NCBI RefSeq assembly: GCF_001194135.2
Contig: NC_068981.1
Location: 37,435,762 to 37,499,761 of the forward strand
Reading direction: 5' to 3'
Length of the DNA stretch: 64,000 nt
Source: Octopus bimaculoides
Taxonomy: Eukaryota
Each line of letters begins with the position of its first letter. The stretch's first letter is position 1. Both the position numbers and the translations under genes were made by a program. Under the pieces are notes generated by a model. That model was not told the DNA's origin. It was given only the letters and a program-made list of their open reading frames with translations, and did no database searches. Below are positions 52,075 to 63,920 of this stretch, one piece after another.

Positions 52075-55000
52075 TTAATCCCATGCTCCTTTTTAGTGAG
52101 GACCATCAAAGTTCACTGATCTCCAGCTAGGCTACTCACAGGGGCAGAAGTAATGGTTTGTAACAGTTTATAAAACTTCAGTTTCCATTTCTCTTCTACC
52201 AAACTATTTATTTTCAAAACCTGGAAAAAGTCCCATAAAAAACTGGACAATTATCCCACTGCTAAACCAATTTCAGTCCATGAGTTTCAGTCCAAATCTT
52301 ATCTTAGCAATCTCTCCAACTATCATACACCTACTACGATGTAAAATATGAATTTTATTCCTGTTTGAAACATAACTCCATCAGGCACAATATCTAACCT
52401 ATGTCTATAAAATCCCATCACCTAAACAATTACTTCAACACCCAAAGACTCCCATTTATTTAAGCTTAAATTCATTCTTCTGTATTCATCTAAGTTTAAA
52501 ATCTTTATCATCCACTTACTTCTCTCATCTATAATACCATCTTTCATTTTCTGTTGAGGACATTTATCACTACACAATGAAACTGCTCTGAAACTCTCCA
52601 CCATTGTACCAATCTCACTGCTACAAGTACACAATTACCAAGTATAAGAACATATGCAATCACTTCAACATAATAAGAAACTGGTAACTAAATTATATAT
52701 CTGCCATTATCTTCAAACAGTTCACTTCTGAGCTTGCTATGATCATCCCTAAATTCATTACTTATCTATAAGCATCTGTCCAAATCTACAGAAATGTACG
52801 ACACTGTAACCTCTTTGACTCTAACAGGTAGTCATGAGGCATCACCAACTTGCAGTAATTGAAGCAGTGGATCAAAACAAGGTTATGTTTCCAAACATTT
52901 TTTTGACTATTGTTGACCTGATTACTTTTTAACTGCATTTTCTCCCATACTCAAATATGTAGATGAGTGATTCCTCCATTTTTCTTAGCCTTGGACATAT
53001 AGTTTTCATCACCTGTAATATAGACATCTCACAGAAAACATGCATTAATTCCATAGACAGAGATTTCAAAAACATATTCTAACAAATGCATAACAATCTG
53101 CCTACATTCAACAACATATACAATTATTGCATATATGAAAGGAATGTTCATGCAATGTATCATCACAATATGCAACAATATCTAAAGATCCCATCTTTCA
53201 GGGCAACCTCACATATACAATGCTACCAATCTGGAATCTCAAAGACTAGGCTTCATCTTTAGGAATAGAAAATAAATTTACAAAATCCAGTTGTGGCTTA
53301 TTGCCAAGAGTTAAACATCAGCACAGTACAACCATTAATCCACAAATAATCTGTTACTTTCTACTATTTCAATCTACTCTGCTCTTCTAAGCTAGCAAGC
53401 ATCTGACCTGGTCAAAGTGATGTCCAACCTATCCATCTCTTGTTAACTCTCCATACCAACCAATATGCTGAATCATTTGTACCCATCACTGAGGTCTAAA
53501 GGAATGTTTCTGCCTACAGTTATAGCCTTACAAAGTTCAAAGTGAACATCATGGGCATTGATCTAGTTGGTCTGGTTGAAAAAGGATGAACTTTCATCTC
53601 TGATGATCATGATTAAATTGTGGAGTTGACTTGGGTCAACTTTAGCTTTATATCTAATTGATATTTACTGGTAAATTCTAAGGAGAAGTAAGCCCTAGAT
53701 ACTCAAAGCTTGCAAAACATATATGGTTTCTGATTGGAACCATCAGTAACAGGGAGAAACATGGATATTTCTATTCCCCACTTAAACATTGCTGATTTCT
53801 TCCCATGCATTTGATGTTGAGTGAAAGCTCAGAGTGGGATGGATAATTTCAAGTAATTTTTCCCTTGATACACACAAAAATGATACCTGCATTATTGACG
53901 CCTTAACAATTCACTGGTTTATGAAAGACTTGAACTTCCAAATACATCTTTCAAAGATGAATTCCTCCATATTTTCTAAACATTTATTTACTCATCCATA
54001 TGTTCAATTTAGAAGTAAAGCAACTGAAAATTAACTGTGTAAACAACTATTGTTAGCTTCTCAAAATGATACATCATGTCATAGGAGAGGCAGTTTCAGG
54101 TGTGAGAAATGTAGTGCATAAAGATAAAAGTTGTTTCATTCAACTGCTAAGGCCTATGAGAATAACAATATATCCTGCGGGTTGCAGGTTCATTAGTGGT
54201 ATCCAAATTAGACATGTGTCTGTGTATTTCTCAAACAATCAGCTATAGAAAGAAAGAGCACACCATTATGAAGGCTCTGAAAATTAAATAAAAAAAGCAA
54301 AATATGCTCATTAGATGTCCATTGATCAATAAATTAGAGGATGAATCAGCAGAAAAGAGGAGGGGTTGAGAAAGATGTGAACGACTAAATTCATTTTGCT
54401 TTTACTTGTGTACATAGGCTCTTCTTTGTCCATTAGTAACTAAGATTATTTAGTGTGTCTGCTGATAATTATATTCACACATTTTGAATAGGACTCAGAA
54501 TATCATGCTACCACAAGTTTCTATTCCTAGCATTTTGATTCAGGGTTCTATTCAAATATTCAATTGTTCTTATCATTTGACCACTTGCTTCTTAATGCAT
54601 TACCTTTTTTTTTATTTATATTTTTTGACATTCACTTAGCTAAACTTACATAGGTAGAATTGGTTTATATCTGAATATTTGAATAAAGTTTTTTCATACT
54701 ATGACAAAGATGTAAATGGCTGATGTACTTTTCCTAACAACAACCACTAAACTGTATAAAGAACAATGATACCTAATTTACAGAGAGGTTCATAAGACAA
54801 AGCATTCCTTTAATTAAGCTGTATGTTACAATAAAAGAGCTGTAGAAATATTTCCCCCTATAAATGAAGAACCCTTCTGTTCTTTCTTTACGTAGTCCTT
54901 GTTATAGATGACAATGATATACCATTACAATTATGTACGAAAATAAACTTTGTTGAGGTGGGGGTGTGGGCAAATTGAAACCATTATATCAGTGGTATTT

Positions 55001-55129
55001 ATCTTAGCAACTCCTCAGTAGTTTTAATCAATAAAAGAATTATAATTGTTAATGCAACAGAAAATAATGCAATTGTAGCAGTTATTGAGGTGACTGAGCT
55101 ACCTGTTACATCAACGTACAGCAAAAGAA

Positions 55130-55440
55130 AGGACTGAATGATGAATAAAATGACTGTTTCTGCAAGGCCCTCTTACATATATATTGTGGAAGAGAAATGA
55201 CTGAACTGGAACAAAGATGTTATGCAAGTGGAGGAAGACAGACCAGCACAGAAGTACCAAGCAATGCAAGTGGGAGGAACCTGCAGGTAAAATAAAAAGT
55301 AAAACATGGGAAGAAGCAGTTAAAGCTGATCTCAAATGACGAAACCTCAGGAAGATGACAAAGCACTGTAAAAAGTGATGAGGTACTCTACTAGAAAGAC
55401 TCAATCTACTCCATTTCAGTATAGAACAATAAGTATGTGA
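55130..55440 (+). mobile_element. old RTE ORF C-terminal fragment
   Basis: Remnants MQVEEDRPAQKYQAMQVGGTCR..KTWEEAVKADLK. Confidence 0.65.
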
Positions 55441-55909
55441 TGATGTAGGGATAACAAGCATATAACAGTGCTGTTGCCAAGCTAAGATATAGTGTTCAAA
55501 TCCTGAAGGTGATGTTACAACATTTTCCCATCTTATTCATTGATATCATTAAGTATATAATACTATAACTTGAATACTATGTGGACTTAGATTGCAGTTG
55601 ATAAATCACTATCATGTTATTGTAGCTATTTAATTTAAAGAGCTAATTTAGGTGCTAAAAGGTTGAGACATTGTTTTATTGTAGTGGTTAACACAACTGT
55701 ATGGTTTAGAGTAGTCATGGTGTTTGAATTCCACAGGTGATGCTACAAAATGTTTCCAAGTTACGTATGAGTGTATGTATGTATGTGATTATTCAGTTTT
55801 ATTTCAAGATTTCTTGCAAATAGAAAAAGAGTCTGTTTCAACATCAACAGTGTATTTTTGAATGTATATATGCATATATGCAGATTTGTATGTCTTGTTT
55901 TATGTATGC

Positions 55910-56767
55910 ATTCTCATACATATACTTGCATATCTAGACATGATCATATATACTTAAATGATAAACTTCTGGAAAATTTGACAAACTTTTACAGTTCCAG
56001 TGATGGATTGGATCTGTAGTCTTCAAATCAGCTTTCTCCTTTCTGGTTTTAAAAAGCTTAATTTCTCAAGATTGGTACTTAGGCAATGTGTTACATTTCT
56101 CAGTGCTGCAATGAGTACAGGTATAAACTTGAATTTGTAATCTGGATGGAGTAACTGCAAATTTCTCAACAGTTCAGCATAGGTATTTTCTTTACCATTG
56201 AACTTTAGCTTTATGTTAATGTACATGTTAACATATGCCAGTGGCATGTAAGAGCACCCATTAAACTCTCAGAGTGGCTGGCATTAGGAAGGGCATCCAG
56301 CTGCAGAAACCATGCCAAATCAAACTGGAGTCTGGTGCAGCCTTCCAGCTTGCCAGCCCTGGTCAAACCGTCCAGCCCATGCCAATGGATGTTAAATGAT
56401 GATGATGATGACGATGCTGGACAGTTGATTTCCACAACTGTAGTTTCTGTTCTCTATCCCAAATCATTATGTCAGGTCTATTGTGTTTTAAATTTTATTA
56501 AGGTTTTCACTGGGATATTCCACCAGTACTCCTCTTTAGTATGAGTGGCTATTGTTTCCACCATATTGTGGGTTCTTATTTCTTTGTCCTTGGGGTTATC
56601 CTTCTGATGGATCTCGTTATATTGTGTCCTAGCTGCAACATCATGTCACATTGGTAGATAATACCGTGATGACATTTTCGGACACCTCCTTATGATCTGG
56701 TTGATATCTTTGGTGTTAACACCACAAAGTCTACATTGGTTGGCATATTTTTCTGCTTTCCTGCATT
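55910..56767 (-). mobile_element. RLE (R4-clade-like) retroelement 3' portion with 9-bp TSD, interrupted by an RTE tail
   Basis: Minus reading KYANQCRLCGVNTKDINQIIRRCPK (knuckle), HDVAA, EYWWNIP, RPDIMIWD, VVEINCPA | NIKLKFNGKENTYAELLRNLQ..KPERRKLI; TGTATGCAT at 55903-55911 and 56768-56776. Confidence 0.9.
56232..56414 (+). mobile_element. RTE tail nested in the RLE element
   Basis: TGCCAGTGGCATGTAAGAGCACC..GGAAGGGCATCCAGCTGC..GTTAAATGATGATGATG splits the RLE reading frame. Confidence 0.85.
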
Positions 56768-56789
56768 TGTATGCATGTATGTTCTTACT

Positions 56790-57137
56790 CACAAGACCAG
56801 GAGACCCAACTTCAGTCATGAATGACTATGGGATTGCACCTAGAAAATTACTCTCTGAGGCACAAGTCTGGGCAAAGTTGTTTGTGGAAGGCCAGCAGTC
56901 ACTCATGCATACCAGCCTCCCCTCTCCACACCACTGGTATTATCCAAGGGAAAGGCAAAGGCCAATACAGTTTGGCACCAGTGATGTTGCAACTCATTTT
57001 TACAGTTGAGTTAACTGAAGCAACGTGAAATAAAGTGTCTTGCTCAAGAACACAACATGCAGCCTGGTCTGGGAATCGAACTCACAACCTCACGATCGTA
57101 AGCTTGACGCTCTAACCACTGAGCCATGCACCTTCAC
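56790..57137 (-). mobile_element. full-length tRNA-headed SINE
   Basis: Minus strand GTGAAGGTGCATGGCTCAGTGGTTAGAGCG..GAGTTCGATTCCC..GTGTTCTTGAGCAAGACACTTTATTTCAC. Confidence 0.85.
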
Positions 57138-58240
57138 AAGATCAATAGCACCAATTATTATTGGTTAGGGTTAGGGTTAAGGTTATAAATGTGAATTTAT
57201 AATCTGGATATAGAAGCTGGAGTTTTCAAAGCAGTTGTTTTTAGTTACCCTCTTCCTCTTTGATTTTCAAAGAGATATTCACATCAACAGGACAGCTGTC
57301 CTCTATGACAGTACATAATTTTTCTTGTCTGTCACAAATAACAATATCCGGACTGTTATGTTTACAATTGACAGATGTCTTGATGGGAATGTTCCACCAG
57401 TATTACTTGTGTTGATGTTTGTGTATGTATTCAATAACAAGGGAAATATCTATATTTATTCCAGAATATCTATATTTATTATGAATGTCATTATATATTG
57501 TTTTTGCAATATCATCGGGTTGCATACTAAAGTAGAATCCTGATGACATTTTTGGGCAGCTGCTAATCACCCGTGTGTTGTATTCCACAGAAATATGTCA
57601 TAATCTACATTTTCAGTTGCATCTTTGAGCTTCAAGGGCCTTACTATCTCCTTTGTTTAACAAGTATTTCATATGTATGTATGAATGTATGTATTATGTA
57701 CATATGTATGTGTGTATGTAAGTATGTATGTATGTATTATGTACATATGCATGCATACATGTATGTAGGGATGTCTGTATATCTGCATATGCGTGTATAT
57801 GTGTGTGTGTTCATAAAAGAATTTAGAAGATCTAAGTCTGCCAAGTCTATCTATGGAGGCTACTAACTTCCTCTTTTTCTTTTAATATTCAGATTTGATA
57901 TTCACAGTTTGAGCTGCTTCATTCTAGGTCAGCATTTTCTAATTCATCTTTATTTCTACTATTTCCATCTGATCATCACTCTTAATGCATGCATCATTGC
58001 AACCAGACTACCACACCAGGACACCGTATACTTTCATTGTCAAGAAACACATTTTCTGGATAACTATATGTGCAGTTGCAGCAGTGTAGTATGAAGTCTC
58101 TCTCTTTCACTTTCTTTCTCTCCATTCTTTCTCTTTTCTCCTCTCTCTGTATTCCTCTTTCTTGTCAAGAATATATTCACACCAAGAAAGGTGAGTAATG
58201 CAAGAAACTTTTCCATATGAGTGTCAGTACTGCACATGAT

Positions 58241-58295
<55 letters not shown>

Positions 58296-58369
58296 ATGCA
58301 TGCATGCATGTGCATGCCTGTCTGAGAATGCATATATCTGTGTGTGTATGTGTACGTGCATATGTATAC

Positions 58370-58510
58370 ATATGCAACAGACCCCTACAAAGCTTCTGTC
58401 TACCAAATTCCATTCTAAAGCTATTGGTCAGCCTAAGGCTATTGTAGTAGACCAGGACCAAGTGTTGCACAGTGGGATCAAACTTAGAACCACTTACTTG
58501 TAGAGTGAAG
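58370..58510 (-). mobile_element. degenerate SINE
   Basis: Minus strand GTGGTTCTAAGTTTGATCCCACTGTGCAACAC..AATTTGGTAGACAGAAGC. Confidence 0.55.
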
Positions 58511-58574
58511 ATCTTGTGCAGCATACATACATACATACATACATACATACATACATACATACATGCATGCATGC

Positions 58575-58618
<44 letters not shown>

Positions 58619-58719
58619 GAAATATCTNNNNNNNNNNNNNNNNNNNNNNNNNAAGATCTTGTGCAGCATACATACATACATACATACATACATACATACA
58701 TACATACATGCATGCATGC

Positions 58720-58763
<44 letters not shown>

Positions 58764-58879
58764 GAAATATCTATTAAACAAAATAGACAGTCAAGCCCTT
58801 AGAGCTCAAAGATGCAACTGAAAATGTAGATTATGTCATATTTCTGTGGAATACTCATATAACATAACAGGCTGAGTAT

Positions 58880-58995
58880 ACTTGTTTGTGACAGATAAGA
58901 TCAGAATGTACAATTACAGAGGTCAGCTGCCCTGATGATGTGAATATCTCTTCAAAAGATCAAAGAGAAGAGAATAATTGCGGGCAATGACTTGA
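58880..58995 (+). mobile_element. short RLE-domain fragment
   Basis: EVSCPDDVNISSK..EENNCGQ, matching the VEINCPA..NIKLK..KENTY motif of the 55910 element. Confidence 0.55.
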
Positions 58996-59425
58996 AACCA
59001 TCAATTTTTATACTCAAATTTTAATTCACATTACTATAAGTAATTACTGGTGCGCTTGGTTTTGTTGGTAAATGACTAAGTAACAATCTCGAAAAGCTAC
59101 GGTTTTTAGAAAAAGAAATCAACCAGTAAACATGCACATTGCAAATAGTTTCTGAAAGCAGAATACTAAAATATGCAAGACTTTTCTGGAATTCAAAATG
59201 TAATATTGCTTTTTTCATCTACGTTCCAATGATAAAGCATTGTATCTTTGTTTGAAACTAGCTCCTTCCTTACATGGAATTTTAAACAGAAGAGAACATA
59301 CATACATACATACAAACATACATGCATAAATATATACATATGTATACGCACACACACACATTCATACAAGCAAAAATGTTTGTTCTAAAATTTTTCTAAG
59401 AGATCAACACAGTACATGTACTAAC

Positions 59426-59655
59426 AAGTAATGTTCATAGCCACTTCCACATAGCTGTCCATTCAAACAGACTTTACTGCGGTATTTTAACTCCAAGAGG
59501 AGACCTCCTCTAGCTGGCTAATGATGCACTGCAATATCTCAGATGCAGTTGTGCATCATTAACCTACTAGAGGAGATGTCCTCTTGGGGGTTAAAAAATT
59601 GCAGTAAGGTCCATTCGAATGGACAGCCATATTGAAGTGGCTGCAAACATTACTT
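59426..59655. mobile_element. 230-bp hairpin (palindromic MITE-like) element
   Basis: Arms 59426-59529 and 59551-59655 are reverse-complementary (about 80% by eye) around a roughly 20-nt loop. Confidence 0.75.
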
Positions 59656-60018
59656 TATATATTCATACACTTATACAAACATAATTGCATACCTTTCTTT
59701 TATACACATCTGTATATAAGTATGGTTAGGAAGTTAACTTTGCAAACATGAGTTCACAGTTTCTATTCTATTGCATCGTTTCTGAGGCAAGTGTTATTTT
59801 CTATAAACTCAAGTCAACTTATGTTTTGTGAACAAAATTGGATACATGTAAACTGTGTGGAAGTCTGTTGGTTGAATTGTCACATTGGTTCTATTACTGA
59901 AATACATTGGGAGCACATATGTCTGCACAATACTCAGCCATATACATGCTTCAGTTAATCAAACAACTGAACATCCATAGTTAGAAATTCTGACTGAGAC
60001 CCACCCTTATAACTCTCT

Positions 60019-60123
<105 letters not shown>

Positions 60124-60286
60124 TATATATATATATATATTCTTTTTTTACTATAGTTTCAGCTGAGAGCTGCGGCCATGCTGATGCACCATATATATAT
60201 ATATATTATAATGTTAGGGAATTACAAAATCCGAACTTACAAGGAAATACAATTTGATAATATCAAATTGAGTTGTATACTGAAAA

Positions 60287-60686
60287 ATATTTAAATAATT
60301 TAGAGAAGCACCACCATGGTGCAACTCGCACGAAGAAGATCAGACACCGTCAAGAAAAGTGTACTATACAAAACTAGTCTGCAAATCTAAAAAAATCCAA
60401 GGGAGAATTTATAATACATAAAATCTATGAAATATTGGACTAAGATATTTCCGACTGTTATGTGGCCATGAAGCGCGCGTAATCTTTCTTCCACTTTCGT
60501 TTCTTAAACGCAACCGATTTTAATTCTTAATCCAATATTTCATAGATTTTTATGTATTATAAAATCTCCCTTGGATTTTTTAGATTTTTAAATTAGTTTT
60601 GTATAGTACACTTTTCTTGATGGTGTCTGATCTCCTTCATCAGTCGAGTTGCACCATGGTGGTTCTTCTCTAAATTATTAAAATAT
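60287..60686. repeat. 400-bp foldback: about 160-bp inverted arms with a 79-bp spacer
   Basis: 60287-60445 versus the reverse complement of 60525-60686, roughly 85-90% identical by eye. Confidence 0.9.
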
Positions 60687-60944
60687 ATATAAATATATCA
60701 TTGCTATTATGTAAAAGTGTTGTAAGTCCAAAACGTTGCTTTTTCAGAAAATGAGAAAATAGTTCTTCCATTCCATAGCAAAACCGTTGTACTACACCTT
60801 GACAATTTCTGATATCTTGGCATCTGAAGCAGCTGGAGATACGATAGTTTGAACCCAAAGAACTGGCTATTGCAAGTTAAAATAAATATTGAAAAAACAC
60901 ATTTGGCCAAATTTGGACATATGACAGTTTAACATAATCCTTTG

Positions 60945-61078
60945 GGAGAGGGGTCCAGTCGATTAGATCGACCCCAGTATGCAACTGGTACTTAATTTAT
61001 CAACTCCAAAAGGATTAAAAGCAAAGTCAACTTTGGTGGAATTTGAACTCAGAATGTAGTAACGGGTGAAATACCTGC
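60945..61078 (-). mobile_element. SINE fragment (family of 46728-46968)
   Basis: GTCGATTAGATCGACCCCAGTATGCAACTGGTACTTAATTTATC..GAATTTGAACTCAGAATG. Confidence 0.75.
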
Positions 61079-61217
61079 TCGGATGGTGCTGTCAGCACTC
61101 CACTGACATGGGTGCCAGTCATAAAATTTGGTTCTGTTTCGATCTTACTTGCCCCAACAGGTCTCCGCAAGCTGAGTTTAGTGTCCAATGAAGGAAGGTT
61201 GGCATGGCTGCCGGTCA
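61079..61217 (-). mobile_element. RTE 3' UTR internal fragment
   Basis: ACTTGCCCCAACAGGTCTCCGCAAGCTGAGTTTAGTGTCCAATGAAGG matches 62842-62890. Confidence 0.75.
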
Positions 61218-61235
61218 ACGATATATATATATATA

Positions 61236-61420
61236 TATGGGAGAATATACAAATAATAACAACAGACGAGGACAGGTGGTGTAAATAACAAAAGTATATA
61301 TTAGTATGACGCTTGGGAATACGGAAAGTCTTTGACGTTTCGAGCTACGCTCTTCAACAGAAAGAATACGGAGACAAGGAGAAAAACACGGAGAAAAAAA
61401 AATTGAATAGTGTTCAGTCA
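61236..61420 (-). mobile_element. Penelope-type pseudo-LTR
   Basis: Non-coding unit next to (TA)n carrying the minimal hammerhead at 61329-61365. The Penelope assignment follows from that motif type. Confidence 0.6.
61329..61365 (-). ncRNA. minimal type-I hammerhead ribozyme motif (A6U variant)
   Basis: Minus strand TCTTT-CTGTTGA-A-GAGC-GTA-GCTC-GAAAC-GTC-AAAGA: helix I TCTTT/AAAGA, stem II GAGC/GCTC, palindromic ACGT helix III and a GUC triplet. Confidence 0.7.
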
Positions 61421-61440
61421 ACGGTCAATCATAATAATGT

Positions 61441-61480
<40 letters not shown>

Positions 61481-61764
61481 TTCTACATATATGTGTTTAC
61501 AGATATGTATATATATTATATGTGTATGTGTATGTGAGTAGGTGTCATATATATATGTCCAGCAGTTGCCTGCATGGGAAAATGGATGTTAAATGATGAT
61601 GAACGATGATGGTATATAAGTAATGTCTGTATATCCACATCTGTATGTCTCCATCTCTCCCTCTCTCTTTCTATGTGTCTACACATACATTATAGATGCA
61701 CATATGCATACATGTATATATATATGTGTGTATACATAAATATACATATGTGTATATGTGAATA

Positions 61765-61906
<142 letters not shown>

Positions 61907-62483
61907 TACACTCATTTATTTATAAATGTATATACATTCATAAACACATATACATATATATGCACATATATATATGTTTGTATTTGCTTATATACTCTTG
62001 TATATAAATAAATAATAATAATAATAATAATAATAATAATCTACTTCTGTACACATGGGAAAAATTTTCTTTTAGACATGTATCATTTAAAGCATGACTG
62101 TGTTCCAGTTTTATGTTGCCTTTTTTTATAAAGGAATTTGCATTGTATTTTGCTTGGATATAGTTTACATAACCCTTGACTTTTACTCTTTTTTAAAATT
62201 ATATTTGAGATATAACAATGTGGCTGAGGGAAATTATCAACTAAATTTTTTTATACCAAACTTTACTTTAAATTTTTTTTTATCATAGTATAAGTAATAT
62301 TTTCTTGTTCTAAATATATTGGCTGTGGATGACACATTGGTATTCGTCTATTCCTGCATGAAATGTATAAAATCTATAACTTTGTACTTTTGCATATGTA
62401 TGTATAAATGAATTGGTCATCTGCTTTTAGTTTGGAGTTTGTAGTTGAATTTGATATTTTTCAAACAAAATTATACACCTATA

Positions 62484-63140
62484 TCATCATCATCGTTTAA
62501 CGTCCGCTTTCCATGCTAGCATGGGTTGGACGATTTGACTGAGGACTGGTGAACCAGATGGCTACACCAGGCTCCAATCTGATTTGGCAGAGTTTCTACG
62601 GCTGGATGCCCTTTTAACGCCAATCGCTCTGAGAGTGTAGTGGGTACTTTTATGTGTCTTCGGCACGAAGGCCAGTCAGGCAGTACTGGTAACGACTACA
62701 CTCACGTATTTTACGTGCCACCTGCAGAGGAGCCAGTCCAGCAGCAATGGCAACGATCTCGCTCGAATGTCTTTACACGTGCCACCGGCACAAGTGCCAG
62801 GAAGGCGACGCTGGGCACAGGTGCCATCACGATTTCGTTTTCACTTGCCCCAACAGGTTTTCTCAAGCCGAGTTTAGTGTCCAATGAAGGAGATGACGTT
62901 GGCATGGGTACCAGTCGTCGAATTTAGTTCGATTTCGATTTCACTTGCTTCAACAGGTCTTCACAAGTGGAGTTTAGTATCCAATGAAGGAAGGTACACA
63001 TAAGTAGGCTAGCTACACCCCTGGCAGAGGCCTTGGATTTAGGTCTCACTTGGCTTGCCGGGTCTTCTCACGCACAGCATATTTCCAAAGGTCTCGGTCA
63101 GAAGTCATTGCCTCGGTGAGGCCCAATGTACGAAGGTCAT
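62484..63140 (-). mobile_element. RTE LINE 3' end, relatively young
   Basis: Minus reading DLRTLGLTEAMTSDRDLWKYAVREKTRQAK*, then a complete UTR ending GGAAAGCGGACGTTAAACGATGATGATGA. Confidence 0.9.
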
Positions 63141-63199
63141 ATAATGTAATATAAATGTATATATATATACATTTATGCTACATAAATGTATATATTATA

Positions 63200-63920
63200 T
63201 ATGTCACTATGATATCAGCTCACACTGAACCCAAAGGCACTGCAATCCCAGAGTCACAGGCAGTGAGAGACTTGGGGATCAGTATGTATAATAATGAATC
63301 ATTCCATTTACCCATTACCAAGATGGCAACAAAGTGCAGACTGTTGGTAGGATGGATACTAAGGTCCTTTAGGGTAACAGACCAAGAAGTCATATTAGCC
63401 CCATGAAAGACCTTTGTTCTTAGCCACCTGGACTATTAATATCAGCTGAGGTCTCTGTGTTGTGTCAAACTAACTGTGAAGTTTGAAGTGATCAAACCTT
63501 ATTACACTAAAACGATTGCTACAGTGCAATAGATGAACTACAGGGGAGGCTAAAACAAAACTACAGGCTTTGCTTCCTAGAGTGAAAATGTGAGAGGTAT
63601 GTAATAATGTACACGTGGAAAATTCTGGAAGGGCTAGTTCCTAACTTCAGCATCAAGAGTTATAGAAATGCCCATACTGGACACCACTGCATAGTACCAA
63701 AAGTACTGTGTGCTCTGTCTAAAGTGAGAACCAGGTACTGTAACAGCTTGGGGTTCAAAAGCCCATAGCATAATACCAGGTGAATAAGCATCTCAGCATG
63801 AAATGCAAATGAGGACAGAGGTGTTAAACTCCTTCATACAAAAAATGACAACATGACAAAGTGATGGAGGTGCTCCAGCATGACTGCAGTGGCATAGCTG
63901 AAAGACATAAAAGAAATAAA
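63200..63920 (+). mobile_element. CR1/L2-type LINE 3' end
   Basis: IPESQAVRDLGISM..GWILRSF..KTFVLSHLDY..YTWKILEGLVPNF..RTRYCNSLGFK, then the GGTGCTCCAGCATG..CTGAAAG..AAAGAAATAAA tail. Confidence 0.85.

Noticed and set aside
52250-53300. Possible ancient LINE remnant
   Set aside because: No motif could be read with confidence.
57060-57137. tRNA-like sequence with A and B boxes (also at 48122 and 48452)
   Set aside because: SINE heads continuing into SINE bodies; no full cloverleaf, so not tRNA genes.
57165-57184. TTAGGG x2 plus a variant
   Set aside because: Too short to call an interstitial telomere.
58508-58772. 120-bp exact direct repeat either side of an N gap
   Set aside because: Contig-overlap artefact in a (CATA)n tract.
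60637-60643. CTGATGA on the minus strand in the foldback arm
   Set aside because: No stem II or GAAAC..UH follows, so it is not a complete hammerhead.
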